Below are positions 32,611-40,672 of a stretch of DNA of 64,000 bases, piece after piece. How positions within the stretch are numbered: the stretch's first letter is position 1; every line of letters starts with the position of its first letter. The notes under the pieces are model-generated. The model worked only from the letters and a program-made list of their open reading frames with translations. It searched no databases and had not been told where the DNA came from. Origin of the DNA: Planctomycetota bacterium (GTDB lineage: Bacteria; Planctomycetota; UBA8108; SXIK01). The position numbers were made by a program, and so were the translations under genes. The DNA is taken from contig OZ244999.1 in NCBI GenBank assembly GCA_965223265.1, forward strand, positions 1,984,001-2,048,000, given 5' to 3'.

Positions 32611-35052
32611 GTGACCCGTTCTCGCCGCGTCGGCTTCAGATCGCCCATGATTTCACGCCTGTTCACTCTTAGCTTTTCAGTGGCAGCTTTGCAGTTTTTG
32701 ACCGCGACGCTCGGGGCAGCCGAGAGAGTCGATTTCTCCAAGGCGCAAATCGCTAGCACTCCAGCCGGCGGTCCAGCCGCAGCAAAGGCGGTCATGGTAC
32801 TGCGACAAGAGATCGCCTCGCGGACAGGTCTCAAGCTCAAGATCACAACCGAATGGCCCGCGGGTAACGACCCAGTCATCGCCGTCGGTTTACGCGCCGA
32901 AGGCGCAAAGCTCGCAGGTCCTCTGGCCGCGAAGGTTGCGGCGCTTCCTGCACCTGGCGCCGAAGGGTTTCATCTGCTCATCAGCGCGCGTCCGCGCCCG
33001 GTGGCCGTGATCGCGGCGAGCGACGACCGAGGAGTCCTCTACGGGGTGGGTGCGCTTCTCCGTAAGCTCGACTGGTCGGAGGGATTTGTAGGTCTTCCTG
33101 CGGCCTTGGTCGTTACGAGTACGCCTGAATATCCTATGCGCGGGCATCAACTCGGCTATCGGCCGAAGACGAATGCCTACGACGCTTGGACGGCGGAGCA
33201 GTTCGATCAATATATCCGTGAGCTCGCTCTCTTCGGATCCAACAGTATCGAGCTCATACCGCCCGTCTCGGACGACGAACGGGTGAACGAGCACATGAAG
33301 CTCCCGGCTATGGAGATGATGGTGCGGATGACCGAGAGCATTCACTCCTACGGGCTCGACGTCTGGCTTTGGTATCCGAACGTCGGCGAAGACTACGAGA
33401 GCGAGAGCGGCATTGCGGCGGAGCTTGCCGAGCGTGAGGAAGTGTTCTCCAAGCTGAAGCGTGTGGACGCGCTCCTTGTCCCGGGTGGCGACCCCGGTGA
33501 GCTTCACCCCGACGTCTTCTTTCCGTTCATGGGCAAAGTCGGCGACATTCTTGAGCGTATCCATCCCGGCGCCAAGATCTGGGTGTCACCGCAGGCGTTT
33601 CAGCCGACGCGGGAGTGGCTCCGGTCGTTCTACGCGCACGCAAATGAAAAGCCGAAGTGGCTCGGAGGTGTTTCCTTCGCGCCGTGGGTGAAAACGTCGT
33701 TGCCCGAGATGCGCGCCGTTCTCGATCCGGAGCTGAAAATTCGGCGCTATCCCGACATCACACACAACCTCGCCTGCCAGTATCCGGTGCGCGACTGGGA
33801 CCTCGCCTTCGCACTGACGCTCCATCGCGAATCGTACAATCCGCGGCCGACGGCGTTGAAAACAGTTCACAACGCACTGCGTGAGTATGCGGCTGGCTCA
33901 ATCACCTACACCGAAGGGATCAGCGACGACGTCAACAAGTTCGTATGGGGCGACCAAGACTGGGACCCGAACCGCCCTGTGATCGAGACGCTGCGTGACT
34001 ATTGCCGCTTCTTCATCAACTCCGAGTACAGCGACCAGCTGGCTCACAGCTTCATGGCGCTTGAGCGCAACTGGGAAGGGCCGGTCGCCGCCAACGATCA
34101 GATCGACATCACCTTGCGCCAGTGGCGCAGCTTGGAGAAGATTCTGCCGATGGTGTCCAAGGAGCGTTACCGCTTTCAGATGGGACTTCTTCGCGCCTAC
34201 TACGACGCTTACATCCGCCGACGCCTGATCTACGAAACCGAGCTCGAGATGCGCGCTCAGGACGCGCTCCGCACGGCCGGTGACATCGGCGCCGCTCGTG
34301 CGGTCTCCAAGGCGCGCGAGGTCCTGGGTCGCGCCAAGTCGGAGCCTGTCGCCCCCGACTACCGCAAACGATGCGAAGAACTCGCCGACTCACTGTTCGA
34401 GAAGATCGGCTCGCAGCTCACGGTGGCACGGCACGGCGCACAGCATCGAACGCGCGGTGCATTCATGGACGGCATCGACGAGCCGTTGAACAACACCGAG
34501 TGGCTTGCGGACCAGTTCGACAAAGTCGACCAGCTCGCCGATGAGACGAGTCGCCTGCAAGCCATTGAACGTATTCTCGACAGAACGAATCCGGGGCCCG
34601 GCGGCTTTTACGACAACATGGGCGCCTACGGCAGCGAACGGCGGATCGTTCGTGCCACAACCTGGGAGAAGGACCCGGGTACTCTGTCGACTCCGCGGAT
34701 TGCCTACGGCTATCGCATCGATGAAGCGCGAGACCGCGGCATTCCACTAGCCTGGAAGAATCAGGCGGGCGTGATCTATGAGACGCCGCTTAAGTTTCAC
34801 TATGAGAACCTCGATCCTGAGGCTACCTACCTGGCTCGAATTGTCTACACCGGGAAGCGTGGCAAGCGCATTCGCCTTGTGGCGGACGAGAAGTTTCCCG
34901 TGCACGACGTCATCGAAACGTGGAACCCTCCAGTACGAGAGTTTCGTATTCCCGGAGGTGCGACCGAAGACGGCCGCCTGACCTTGACGTGGAGCTGCGG
35001 TGAAGGCGAGCGCGGCGCGCAGGTCTCGGAGATTTTCCTGATTCGCGAATGA
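32611..35052 (+). CDS. Large secreted hypothetical protein (possible glycoside-hydrolase-like fold)
   Basis: RBS AAGGAG with GTG start and signal peptide. 'DDRGVLYGVGALLR..P..PMRG' resembles the GH20/GH67 N-terminal domain. Confidence 0.75.
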   Translation: MTRSRRVGFRSPMISRLFTLSFSVAALQFLTATLGAAERVDFSKAQIASTPAGGPAAAKAVMVLRQEIASRTGLKLKITTEWPAGNDPVIAVGLRAEGAKLAGPLAAKVAALPAPGAEGFHLLISARPRPVAVIAASDDRGVLYGVGALLRKLDWSEGFVGLPAALVVTSTPEYPMRGHQLGYRPKTNAYDAWTAEQFDQYIRELALFGSNSIELIPPVSDDERVNEHMKLPAMEMMVRMTESIHSYGLDVWLWYPNVGEDYESESGIAAELAEREEVFSKLKRVDALLVPGGDPGELHPDVFFPFMGKVGDILERIHPGAKIWVSPQAFQPTREWLRSFYAHANEKPKWLGGVSFAPWVKTSLPEMRAVLDPELKIRRYPDITHNLACQYPVRDWDLAFALTLHRESYNPRPTALKTVHNALREYAAGSITYTEGISDDVNKFVWGDQDWDPNRPVIETLRDYCRFFINSEYSDQLAHSFMALERNWEGPVAANDQIDITLRQWRSLEKILPMVSKERYRFQMGLLRAYYDAYIRRRLIYETELEMRAQDALRTAGDIGAARAVSKAREVLGRAKSEPVAPDYRKRCEELADSLFEKIGSQLTVARHGAQHRTRGAFMDGIDEPLNNTEWLADQFDKVDQLADETSRLQAIERILDRTNPGPGGFYDNMGAYGSERRIVRATTWEKDPGTLSTPRIAYGYRIDEARDRGIPLAWKNQAGVIYETPLKFHYENLDPEATYLARIVYTGKRGKRIRLVADEKFPVHDVIETWNPPVREFRIPGGATEDGRLTLTWSCGEGERGAQVSEIFLIRE

Positions 35053-35065
35053 CGGCGCGGACAGA

Positions 35066-35237
35066 GTAGCGGGCACGCGCCGAGGCTGTGAGTGTTTTAG
35101 ACCTGCCGGTCACGGTCCACGGTCATCTCCGGTACGGTACACGGTGTATGCCTGCTACTCTAAACGCGTGCCGCCAGCACGACCGTGCGTTGCGCGTTCA
35201 CGTTTGAAAACTCACAGCCTCGCCGTGTGCTTGCTAC
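35066..35237. repeat. Cluster of GTAG-type REP copies (inverted pair plus one internal copy) between convergent genes
   Basis: + strand GTAGCGGGCACGCGCCGAGGCTGTGAGT (35066); - strand GTAGCAAGCACACGGCGAGGCTGTGAGT (35237 down); - strand GTAGCAGGCATACACCGTGTACC (35158 down). Confidence 0.75.
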
Positions 35238-35246
35238 CCTCGGCGC

Positions 35247-35828
35247 TCACCGCTTGATCCGCTCGAGAGGCGGCCACGCCGTGCGGAGTTCCTCGCGCGT
35301 GGAAAGCTCGAGCGGTGTGAAGCGCTGCGGCGGCAAGCGGCGCAGCGCGGCCTCGCGTTCGAGCGCATAGTAGCGGTTGTACTTCTGCTGCGCGGCGTGG
35401 ACCTCGCCGAGGGATACGGTCTCGATGTAGGTCTCCCAGCGTTCGTTGAATGCGTCGACGCGTCTCGAAAGTTCTTTGATAACGCGCCGGGCGTCGGCTC
35501 GACCTGCCGCAGAGCGTTTGAAGAACTTCGGTTCGCGGGTCAGGACCTCGAGCAGGCGCAGCACGGATGCAGGCAGCTGGGTACGTCGCTGCTGGAGCGC
35601 GAACGCGAGCCGCCCGGCGGGGAGCAGGCTCTCGAGACGTTTCGATCTTTCGCGACCGATGGTTGCGTGCAGTTTCGCCAACGCCGCCTCAACGGCTTGG
35701 GCGCGGCGCACGAAGGACGGTACGCCGATGACGGCAGCCCGAGCGAGACGCTCGTCGCGGATAAGCGACGTCACGATGCTCTCAGGTCCGACCTCGTTTG
35801 GCGGATCTGCCGCGCCGGGACTGGTCAC
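35247..35828 (-). CDS. Hypothetical helical protein
   Basis: RBS AAGGAG before GTG; protein-like composition ('YNRYYALEREAA'). Confidence 0.7.
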   Translation of the reverse strand: MTSPGAADPPNEVGPESIVTSLIRDERLARAAVIGVPSFVRRAQAVEAALAKLHATIGRERSKRLESLLPAGRLAFALQQRRTQLPASVLRLLEVLTREPKFFKRSAAGRADARRVIKELSRRVDAFNERWETYIETVSLGEVHAAQQKYNRYYALEREAALRRLPPQRFTPLELSTREELRTAWPPLERIKR

Positions 35829-36065
35829 GTTCTGCGTCTCCTTGTAGATGAATCGAGACGATCGGAAATGCCACGACGGTCCGAAAACCGGTAGTCGACA
35901 CCGCCGTGCGCGATTACACTATTGTCCTTCCATGACGCCGTGTGTGCACGGGTTTCCTCGATCATTGGCACCCACCTGATGGCGCGAAGAGGTCGACCGC
36001 TGCGTCGACGTGCGTGCACACGAGGCTATCCGCAACCTCACCCCGATCGACGAGAAAGGTGTGTT

Positions 36066-37994
36066 ATGACTGCCGTGACTCGCTCAGTTCGTTCCCTCTT
36101 CTTATTCCTCGCGTTCGCTTTCATCGCGGCACCTGCCGCTCGAGGCGAGAGTGAATTCAAGGCGATTTTCGATGGCAAGACACTCGACGGTTGGGCTGGC
36201 CTTGATGGCCTCTGGTCAGTGAAGGACGGCGCCATCGTCGGCAGCACGAAACCGAGCGGCCGCAAGGGGAATACGTTTCTCGTTTACGAGAAGGCTTTGA
36301 CGGACTTCGTCTTGCGGATCGAGTTCAAGCTCCTCGCCGGGAATTCGGGTGTGCAGTTCCGCAGTTCGCGCGTCGGCAATCCGGCCGACTACGTCATCAG
36401 CGGCTACCAAGCCGACATTGGCGAAAACTACTTCGGTTGTCTCTACGACGAAAAGCGTCGCGGCATGCTGCAGGAGACCGATCGAGCTTGGTTGGCGCCG
36501 TTTTTGAAGAAGGGCGAATGGAACAGCTACGAGATCCGTGCCCAAGGCAACAAGATCACTCTCGAAATCAACGGCCTGCAGACCGTCGAGTACATCGAAA
36601 AGGACGATTCGATGGCACGCACCGGATTGATTGCGCTGCAGCTTCACGGTGGCGGTCCGATGGAGGTCCATTTCCGTAATATCCAGTTGCAGGAGATCGC
36701 GAAGCCGAAGCTCCTCTACGTCACGACAGCGGCAGGATACGCGCATCGCTCGCGACCGCACTCGCGGGAGGTTTTGAAGAAACTGGGGATTGACTCCGGT
36801 CTCTTCGAGGCGACCACCACCGATACGACGGATCTGATCTCGCCGCAGGGGCTGAAGGACTTTGACGCCGTCATGTTCTACACCACCGGTGACCTCGCCC
36901 AGTTCCCGCTCAGCAAGGAGAACCGCGAATACTTGATCCAGTGGGTGAAGGATGGGCACGGCTTCATCGGCGTCCACAGCGCCACCGACACCTACAAGGA
37001 TTGGCAGCCGTTTTGGGAGATGATCGGCGGTAGCTTTCAGGCTCACCCGTGGAATGCGAACGACCCCGCCATCACGATCGACGTCGAAGATCCGTCGCAC
37101 CCCGCAGCGCTTGATGTGCCGTACGGCTGGAAGATCCAGGACGAAATCTACGAGTTCAAGAACTATGCCCGTAGCCGCCTGCACATCATTTTGAGCATGA
37201 ACCCGGAGTCGGCTGCAGGCAAAGGCTCACGACCCGATCGCGATTTCCCCATCGCGTGGTGCCGCGAATTCGGCAAGGGCAAGGTGTTCTACACCTCGCT
37301 CGGACACCGCTCGGACGTGTGGGATAACCCCATCTACCAGCGCCACTTGACGGGCGGCATCGGCTGGGCCCTCGGCGCGCCAGGTTATGAAGGCGATGCG
37401 ACGCCAGGGCTGGCGAAACCGTCGAATCAATTCGTGGCGCTGTTCGACGGCTCGTCGCTGAGTGGCTGGACGCCCAACGAGTATGAGAGGAAGGACACGG
37501 CGCGTTGGGTCATCAGTGACGAAGGTGTTGTCGTCGGACTGCCGACCGACGCGAAAAACGGCCACGGCCACCTCTTCAGTCCGCGGCAGTACGAAAACTT
37601 CCACTACAAGGCAGACATCAAGATCATCGACGGCGGCAACAGCGGCATGTACTTTCGCGCTAGCAAGGGTAAGCGCTGGCCGGACGGCTTCGAGGCGCAG
37701 ATCAACAGCACGCACGGCGATCCTGTGCGTTCAGGGAGTCTGTACCACATTCACAAGGTGTTTGAGCAAATGGCGAAGCCGAACGAGTGGTTCACCCAGG
37801 AGGTGATCGCGTACGGTGGTCACATCGTCATCCGCGTCAACGGCAAGCTCGCCACGAAGGTGAAGACACCGGTCGCGGGTCAAGAGGGTCTGGACTATCG
37901 CAAGGGCCACTTCGCCTTCCAGTTCCACGATCCGAAGTGCCACGTCGAGCTCCGCAACGTGATGGTGCGGGAGCTGCCGTCGCTGGAGAGGTAG
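36066..37994 (+). CDS. Secreted DUF1080 - ThuA-like - DUF1080 multidomain protein
   Basis: Two FDGxxLxGW / GNSG domains flank a ThuA-like domain (GFIGVHSATD, FYTSLGH). Confidence 0.92.
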   Translation: MTAVTRSVRSLFLFLAFAFIAAPAARGESEFKAIFDGKTLDGWAGLDGLWSVKDGAIVGSTKPSGRKGNTFLVYEKALTDFVLRIEFKLLAGNSGVQFRSSRVGNPADYVISGYQADIGENYFGCLYDEKRRGMLQETDRAWLAPFLKKGEWNSYEIRAQGNKITLEINGLQTVEYIEKDDSMARTGLIALQLHGGGPMEVHFRNIQLQEIAKPKLLYVTTAAGYAHRSRPHSREVLKKLGIDSGLFEATTTDTTDLISPQGLKDFDAVMFYTTGDLAQFPLSKENREYLIQWVKDGHGFIGVHSATDTYKDWQPFWEMIGGSFQAHPWNANDPAITIDVEDPSHPAALDVPYGWKIQDEIYEFKNYARSRLHIILSMNPESAAGKGSRPDRDFPIAWCREFGKGKVFYTSLGHRSDVWDNPIYQRHLTGGIGWALGAPGYEGDATPGLAKPSNQFVALFDGSSLSGWTPNEYERKDTARWVISDEGVVVGLPTDAKNGHGHLFSPRQYENFHYKADIKIIDGGNSGMYFRASKGKRWPDGFEAQINSTHGDPVRSGSLYHIHKVFEQMAKPNEWFTQEVIAYGGHIVIRVNGKLATKVKTPVAGQEGLDYRKGHFAFQFHDPKCHVELRNVMVRELPSLER

Positions 37995-38091
37995 GAGCGA
38001 GGCCCGCTGACACCGATCGCTTCTCCAAACCATCGCCGTGACTTTGCGATCGCTTGTCCGATGGGCGTGCAAAAAAAAACAGAGCTCGGTG

Positions 38092-38119
38092 TTGACTTCG
38101 CGCCGCGGGACGATATTCT
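38092..38119 (+). promoter_or_regulatory. Stable-RNA-type sigma70 promoter
   Basis: A-tract at 38071-38079, TTGACT-N16-TATTCT and a GC-rich discriminator. Confidence 0.65.
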
Positions 38120-38149
38120 TGCGGCCTCGATTCGCTGCGCTGATGCAGC

Positions 38150-38372
38150 GGTCTCCCCGACAATCGTCCACACAGTCGTTCACATACTGGGAGCTCAGCT
38201 CGTGAAGTCCAGTAAACCGCAAGTCTTGAATTTGATCTCGCGAATCAGCGCGTATGCCGCTGACGGTGCGCTGCGGCGAGCGGTTTATCGAGTGCTGTGC
38301 GAGTCGCGTCTCTTGCACGACGGCTTCGAACCCACCTCGAATCGCTTTGACGCGAGGGGTCCAACGGGGATG
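38150..38372 (+). ncRNA. Structured ncRNA, 6S-RNA-like candidate
   Basis: Lies between a promoter and a terminator. Nested pairings TCCCCG/CGGGGA, GGAGCT/GGCTTC, TCGTG/CACGA and TAAACCGC/GCGGTTTA. GGGAGC and ACCCACCT elements recall 6S RNAs. Confidence 0.5.
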
Positions 38373-38400
38373 TAACGTTTCACTGAGAAGAAGAAAACGC

Positions 38401-38437
38401 AAAGCCCCGGAGGTCACGCTTCCGGGGCTTTTTCTTT
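38401..38437 (+). terminator. Rho-independent terminator
   Basis: AAAGCCCCGGAG-GTCACG-CTTCCGGGGCTTT followed by a T-rich tail. Confidence 0.88.
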
Positions 38438-38658
38438 GGGCTTCGACGTGGCCTCTGGGGGACGGACAGGAGATTTCGTCCCATGAAAAGATAGCGTATC
38501 GCCGTCGTGTTTCGTCCGGTTTCGGATCGCAATGCCGAAACGGGTCGACGTCGAGCTTTTACGAGAGGCACGACGTCGGGTCGTCCGCCGGCGCACCGCG
38601 CTCTGCGCGTCTGCGTCCCGGGAGACGGTATCGCACGCCCGAGAACCAGGCTGAGGCC

Positions 38659-38731
38659 TGATCTGTAGCTCAGTTGGATAGAGCAGGTGACTGTAACCAC
38701 CGAGTCATGGGTTCAAATCCCATCAGATCCC
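38659..38731 (+). tRNA. Aberrant tRNA-like gene (pseudo-tRNA or tRNA mimic; GTA in loop)
   Basis: Intact D arm (GCTC/GAGC) and T arm (ATGGG-TTCAAAT-CCCAT); acceptor GATCTG/CAGATC with a 1:72 mismatch; 4-bp anticodon stem with 8-nt loop; no CCA. Confidence 0.75.
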
Positions 38732-38739
38732 CTCGACGG

Positions 38740-39145
38740 ATTGGACCTGCAAGGGTCCGCATTTTGGTCGGTCAGAAGCTCGAGGCTGAGTCGTTCAGTC
38801 GTGTTCTTTCGCACTGGGTAGTTGTCGTCGGAGCGCGACACCGTCGGTGGCTGGTTCCTCGGCCGCCACTCGGTCTCGGCTTTGTAGCGGGGCATCCCGA
38901 CGCGATCAAAGAAGCCGCCACCTGAGAGCTGCCAGCCGATGAGCTCGAAAGCTCAGCGATCTGGAAGGCTCCCCGGCCGCGGATCTCCCTGAGAGCGCTC
39001 GCACCTCGTTCCGCCGAAAAATGACCTCGCTTGTGAGGTCGCGACCGCGGGAACGATTTCCGCACGACTTCTGATCGGCTCTTTTGGAGCAGTTGTGAAG
39101 ATCAAGATCCATAGGAGGGTTCACTGGGAATCTTCCACAACCACC
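38740..39145 (+). ncRNA. Putative large multi-hairpin RNA / leader upstream of the slipin gene
   Basis: At least 7 consecutive stem-loops, including GGACCT-GCAA-GGGTCC and TGAGCT-CGAA-AGCTCA. No credible ORF. Confidence 0.55.
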
Positions 39146-39172
39146 ATCCACTCTGACGGAGGAACTGCAGCT

Positions 39173-40297
39173 ATGTTCCGTACTGTTCGAATCCGCGATC
39201 ATGAGCGCGGTCTGTGGTTCCGTAACGGGAACCTCCACCGCGTCCTCGCGAGCGGTCAATATCGTTTCCTGGCTCGCGCCCTATCGCTGCACAGCGACGA
39301 GGTCGAGATCTCCAACACGCTGGACGGTCGCTTCGATCACCCCATGCTCGACGTTCTGGTGAAGAGCGATGAACTGCGGAGTCTACTCGAGGTCGTGGAG
39401 CTGGCGGAGTCGGACCGCGCACTCGTCTGGACGGATGGCCGATTCAGTTCGATCCTCGGTCCGGGCCGGTACGCGTACTGGAAGGTGCACCGTAGCGTCG
39501 AGGTTGAGCGATTCTCGATCGATGATTTCTGGTTCCGGCATCCACAGCTCGATGCCATCCTGGGTCATCGAGAGAGTCTGAAGTATCTGACCTGCGTCGA
39601 CGTGAAGCCAGAAACTCAGACGTTTCTTCTCCGCGATGGCGATGCCTACGAGGAGCTGAGTCCTGGTCGACATGTCTACTGGAATGGTACAGCTCCGACC
39701 TTGGCGGTTAGCTTGGAGCGCCGTGAGCAATCTCTCGATGTCGCCGGCCAGGAGATCATGACGAGTGATAAGGTGACGCTGAGGGTGAACCTCTACGTCA
39801 CTCACCGCATCGTCGACGGTCGCGCGGCGCTACAAAACGTTCAGGACCACTCGGACGCGCTGTATCGTGAGGCGCAGCTAGCTTTGCGGGCGGCCGTGGG
39901 GCGACGTAAGCTCGATGCTCTCCTTGCCGACAAAGAGGTCTTGGTGCCTGAGATCCGAAAGGCTCTCGAGGCTCGAGCTTCCGAGTTCGGGGTGCAGATC
40001 GTGAGTGTCGGTCTCCGGGATGTGATCCTGCCCGGAGACATGAAGACGATCCTGAACCAGGTGATCGAGGCGGAGAAGAAGGCGCAAGCCAACCTCATCC
40101 GTCGTCGAGAGGAGACCGCTGCAGCGCGCAGTCAGGCGAACACCGCCAAGCTGATCGCAGACCACCCGACTCTTTTGCGTCTTCGCGAGCTTGAGATGCT
40201 CGGCGAATTGCTCGCCGGCACCCGTGCCACCTTTGTGCTCGGTTCCGGGGACATCGTCGAGCAGCTGCGTTCGCTCGTCGCTCGGGAAGCCGAGTGA
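39173..40297 (+). CDS. Slipin-family SPFH/band-7 domain protein
   Basis: RBS GGAGG. Repeated N-terminal '(L/P)G.Y' units, 'GQEIMTSDKVTLRVN', 'DVILPGDMK' and 'RRREETAAARSQANTAKL'. Confidence 0.92.
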   Translation: MFRTVRIRDHERGLWFRNGNLHRVLASGQYRFLARALSLHSDEVEISNTLDGRFDHPMLDVLVKSDELRSLLEVVELAESDRALVWTDGRFSSILGPGRYAYWKVHRSVEVERFSIDDFWFRHPQLDAILGHRESLKYLTCVDVKPETQTFLLRDGDAYEELSPGRHVYWNGTAPTLAVSLERREQSLDVAGQEIMTSDKVTLRVNLYVTHRIVDGRAALQNVQDHSDALYREAQLALRAAVGRRKLDALLADKEVLVPEIRKALEARASEFGVQIVSVGLRDVILPGDMKTILNQVIEAEKKAQANLIRRREETAAARSQANTAKLIADHPTLLRLRELEMLGELLAGTRATFVLGSGDIVEQLRSLVAREAE

Positions 40298-40326
40298 GGC
40301 ATGTCGTCCGCTGCTCTGGATCGTTT

Positions 40327-40358
40327 GGCCCCCTGCCCTCCTTGGGCGGGGGGCCTTT
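40327..40358 (+). terminator. GC-rich hairpin after the slipin gene
   Basis: GGCCCCCTGCCC-TCCTT-GGGCGGGGGGCC-TTT. Confidence 0.65.
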
Positions 40359-40361
40359 AGC

Positions 40362-40546
40362 TTAACAGCCCGCCTGAAAAAGTCATTCGGCCGAGAAACT
40401 AGCCTCTTCACGCCCAACTCGGCCGCGTCAATATCGCCATCAGAGTCAAAAAAGCGGGCCCGAAGATTGCCTCCGTTTGCCGCAGCCGATCTGGACGCGA
40501 AGAGACCAGTTTTCGACTCGAAGCACCTTTTTCAACAGGCTGTTAG
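40362..40546. mobile_element. Palindromic MITE, copy 1 (IS5-like ends)
   Basis: TTAA-CAGCCCGCCTGAAAAAG...CTTTTTCAACAGGCTG-TTAG; homologous to 49984-50167. Confidence 0.8.
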
Positions 40547-40672
40547 GCGTGGCACGCGCCGCGGCGGAGTTCGCTTGCTTGACCACAGGTTGAAGGAGCG
40601 GGCACTTCTCCAGCACGCCTCTGGGAGGTCGCGCTTTGAGGTGATCGCATCGGGCTCGCGCGTCCACCGTTG

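Noticed and set aside
38061-38661. ORFs 38061-38375 and 38254-38661
   Set aside because: They cross a promoter, a structured RNA and a terminator, with no protein motifs or RBS.
38659-38731. tRNA-Sec (selC) serving the selenoproteins, or a normal tRNA-Tyr
   Set aside because: No TCA anticodon, no long variable arm and no extended acceptor stem. No sel genes are visible in this window.
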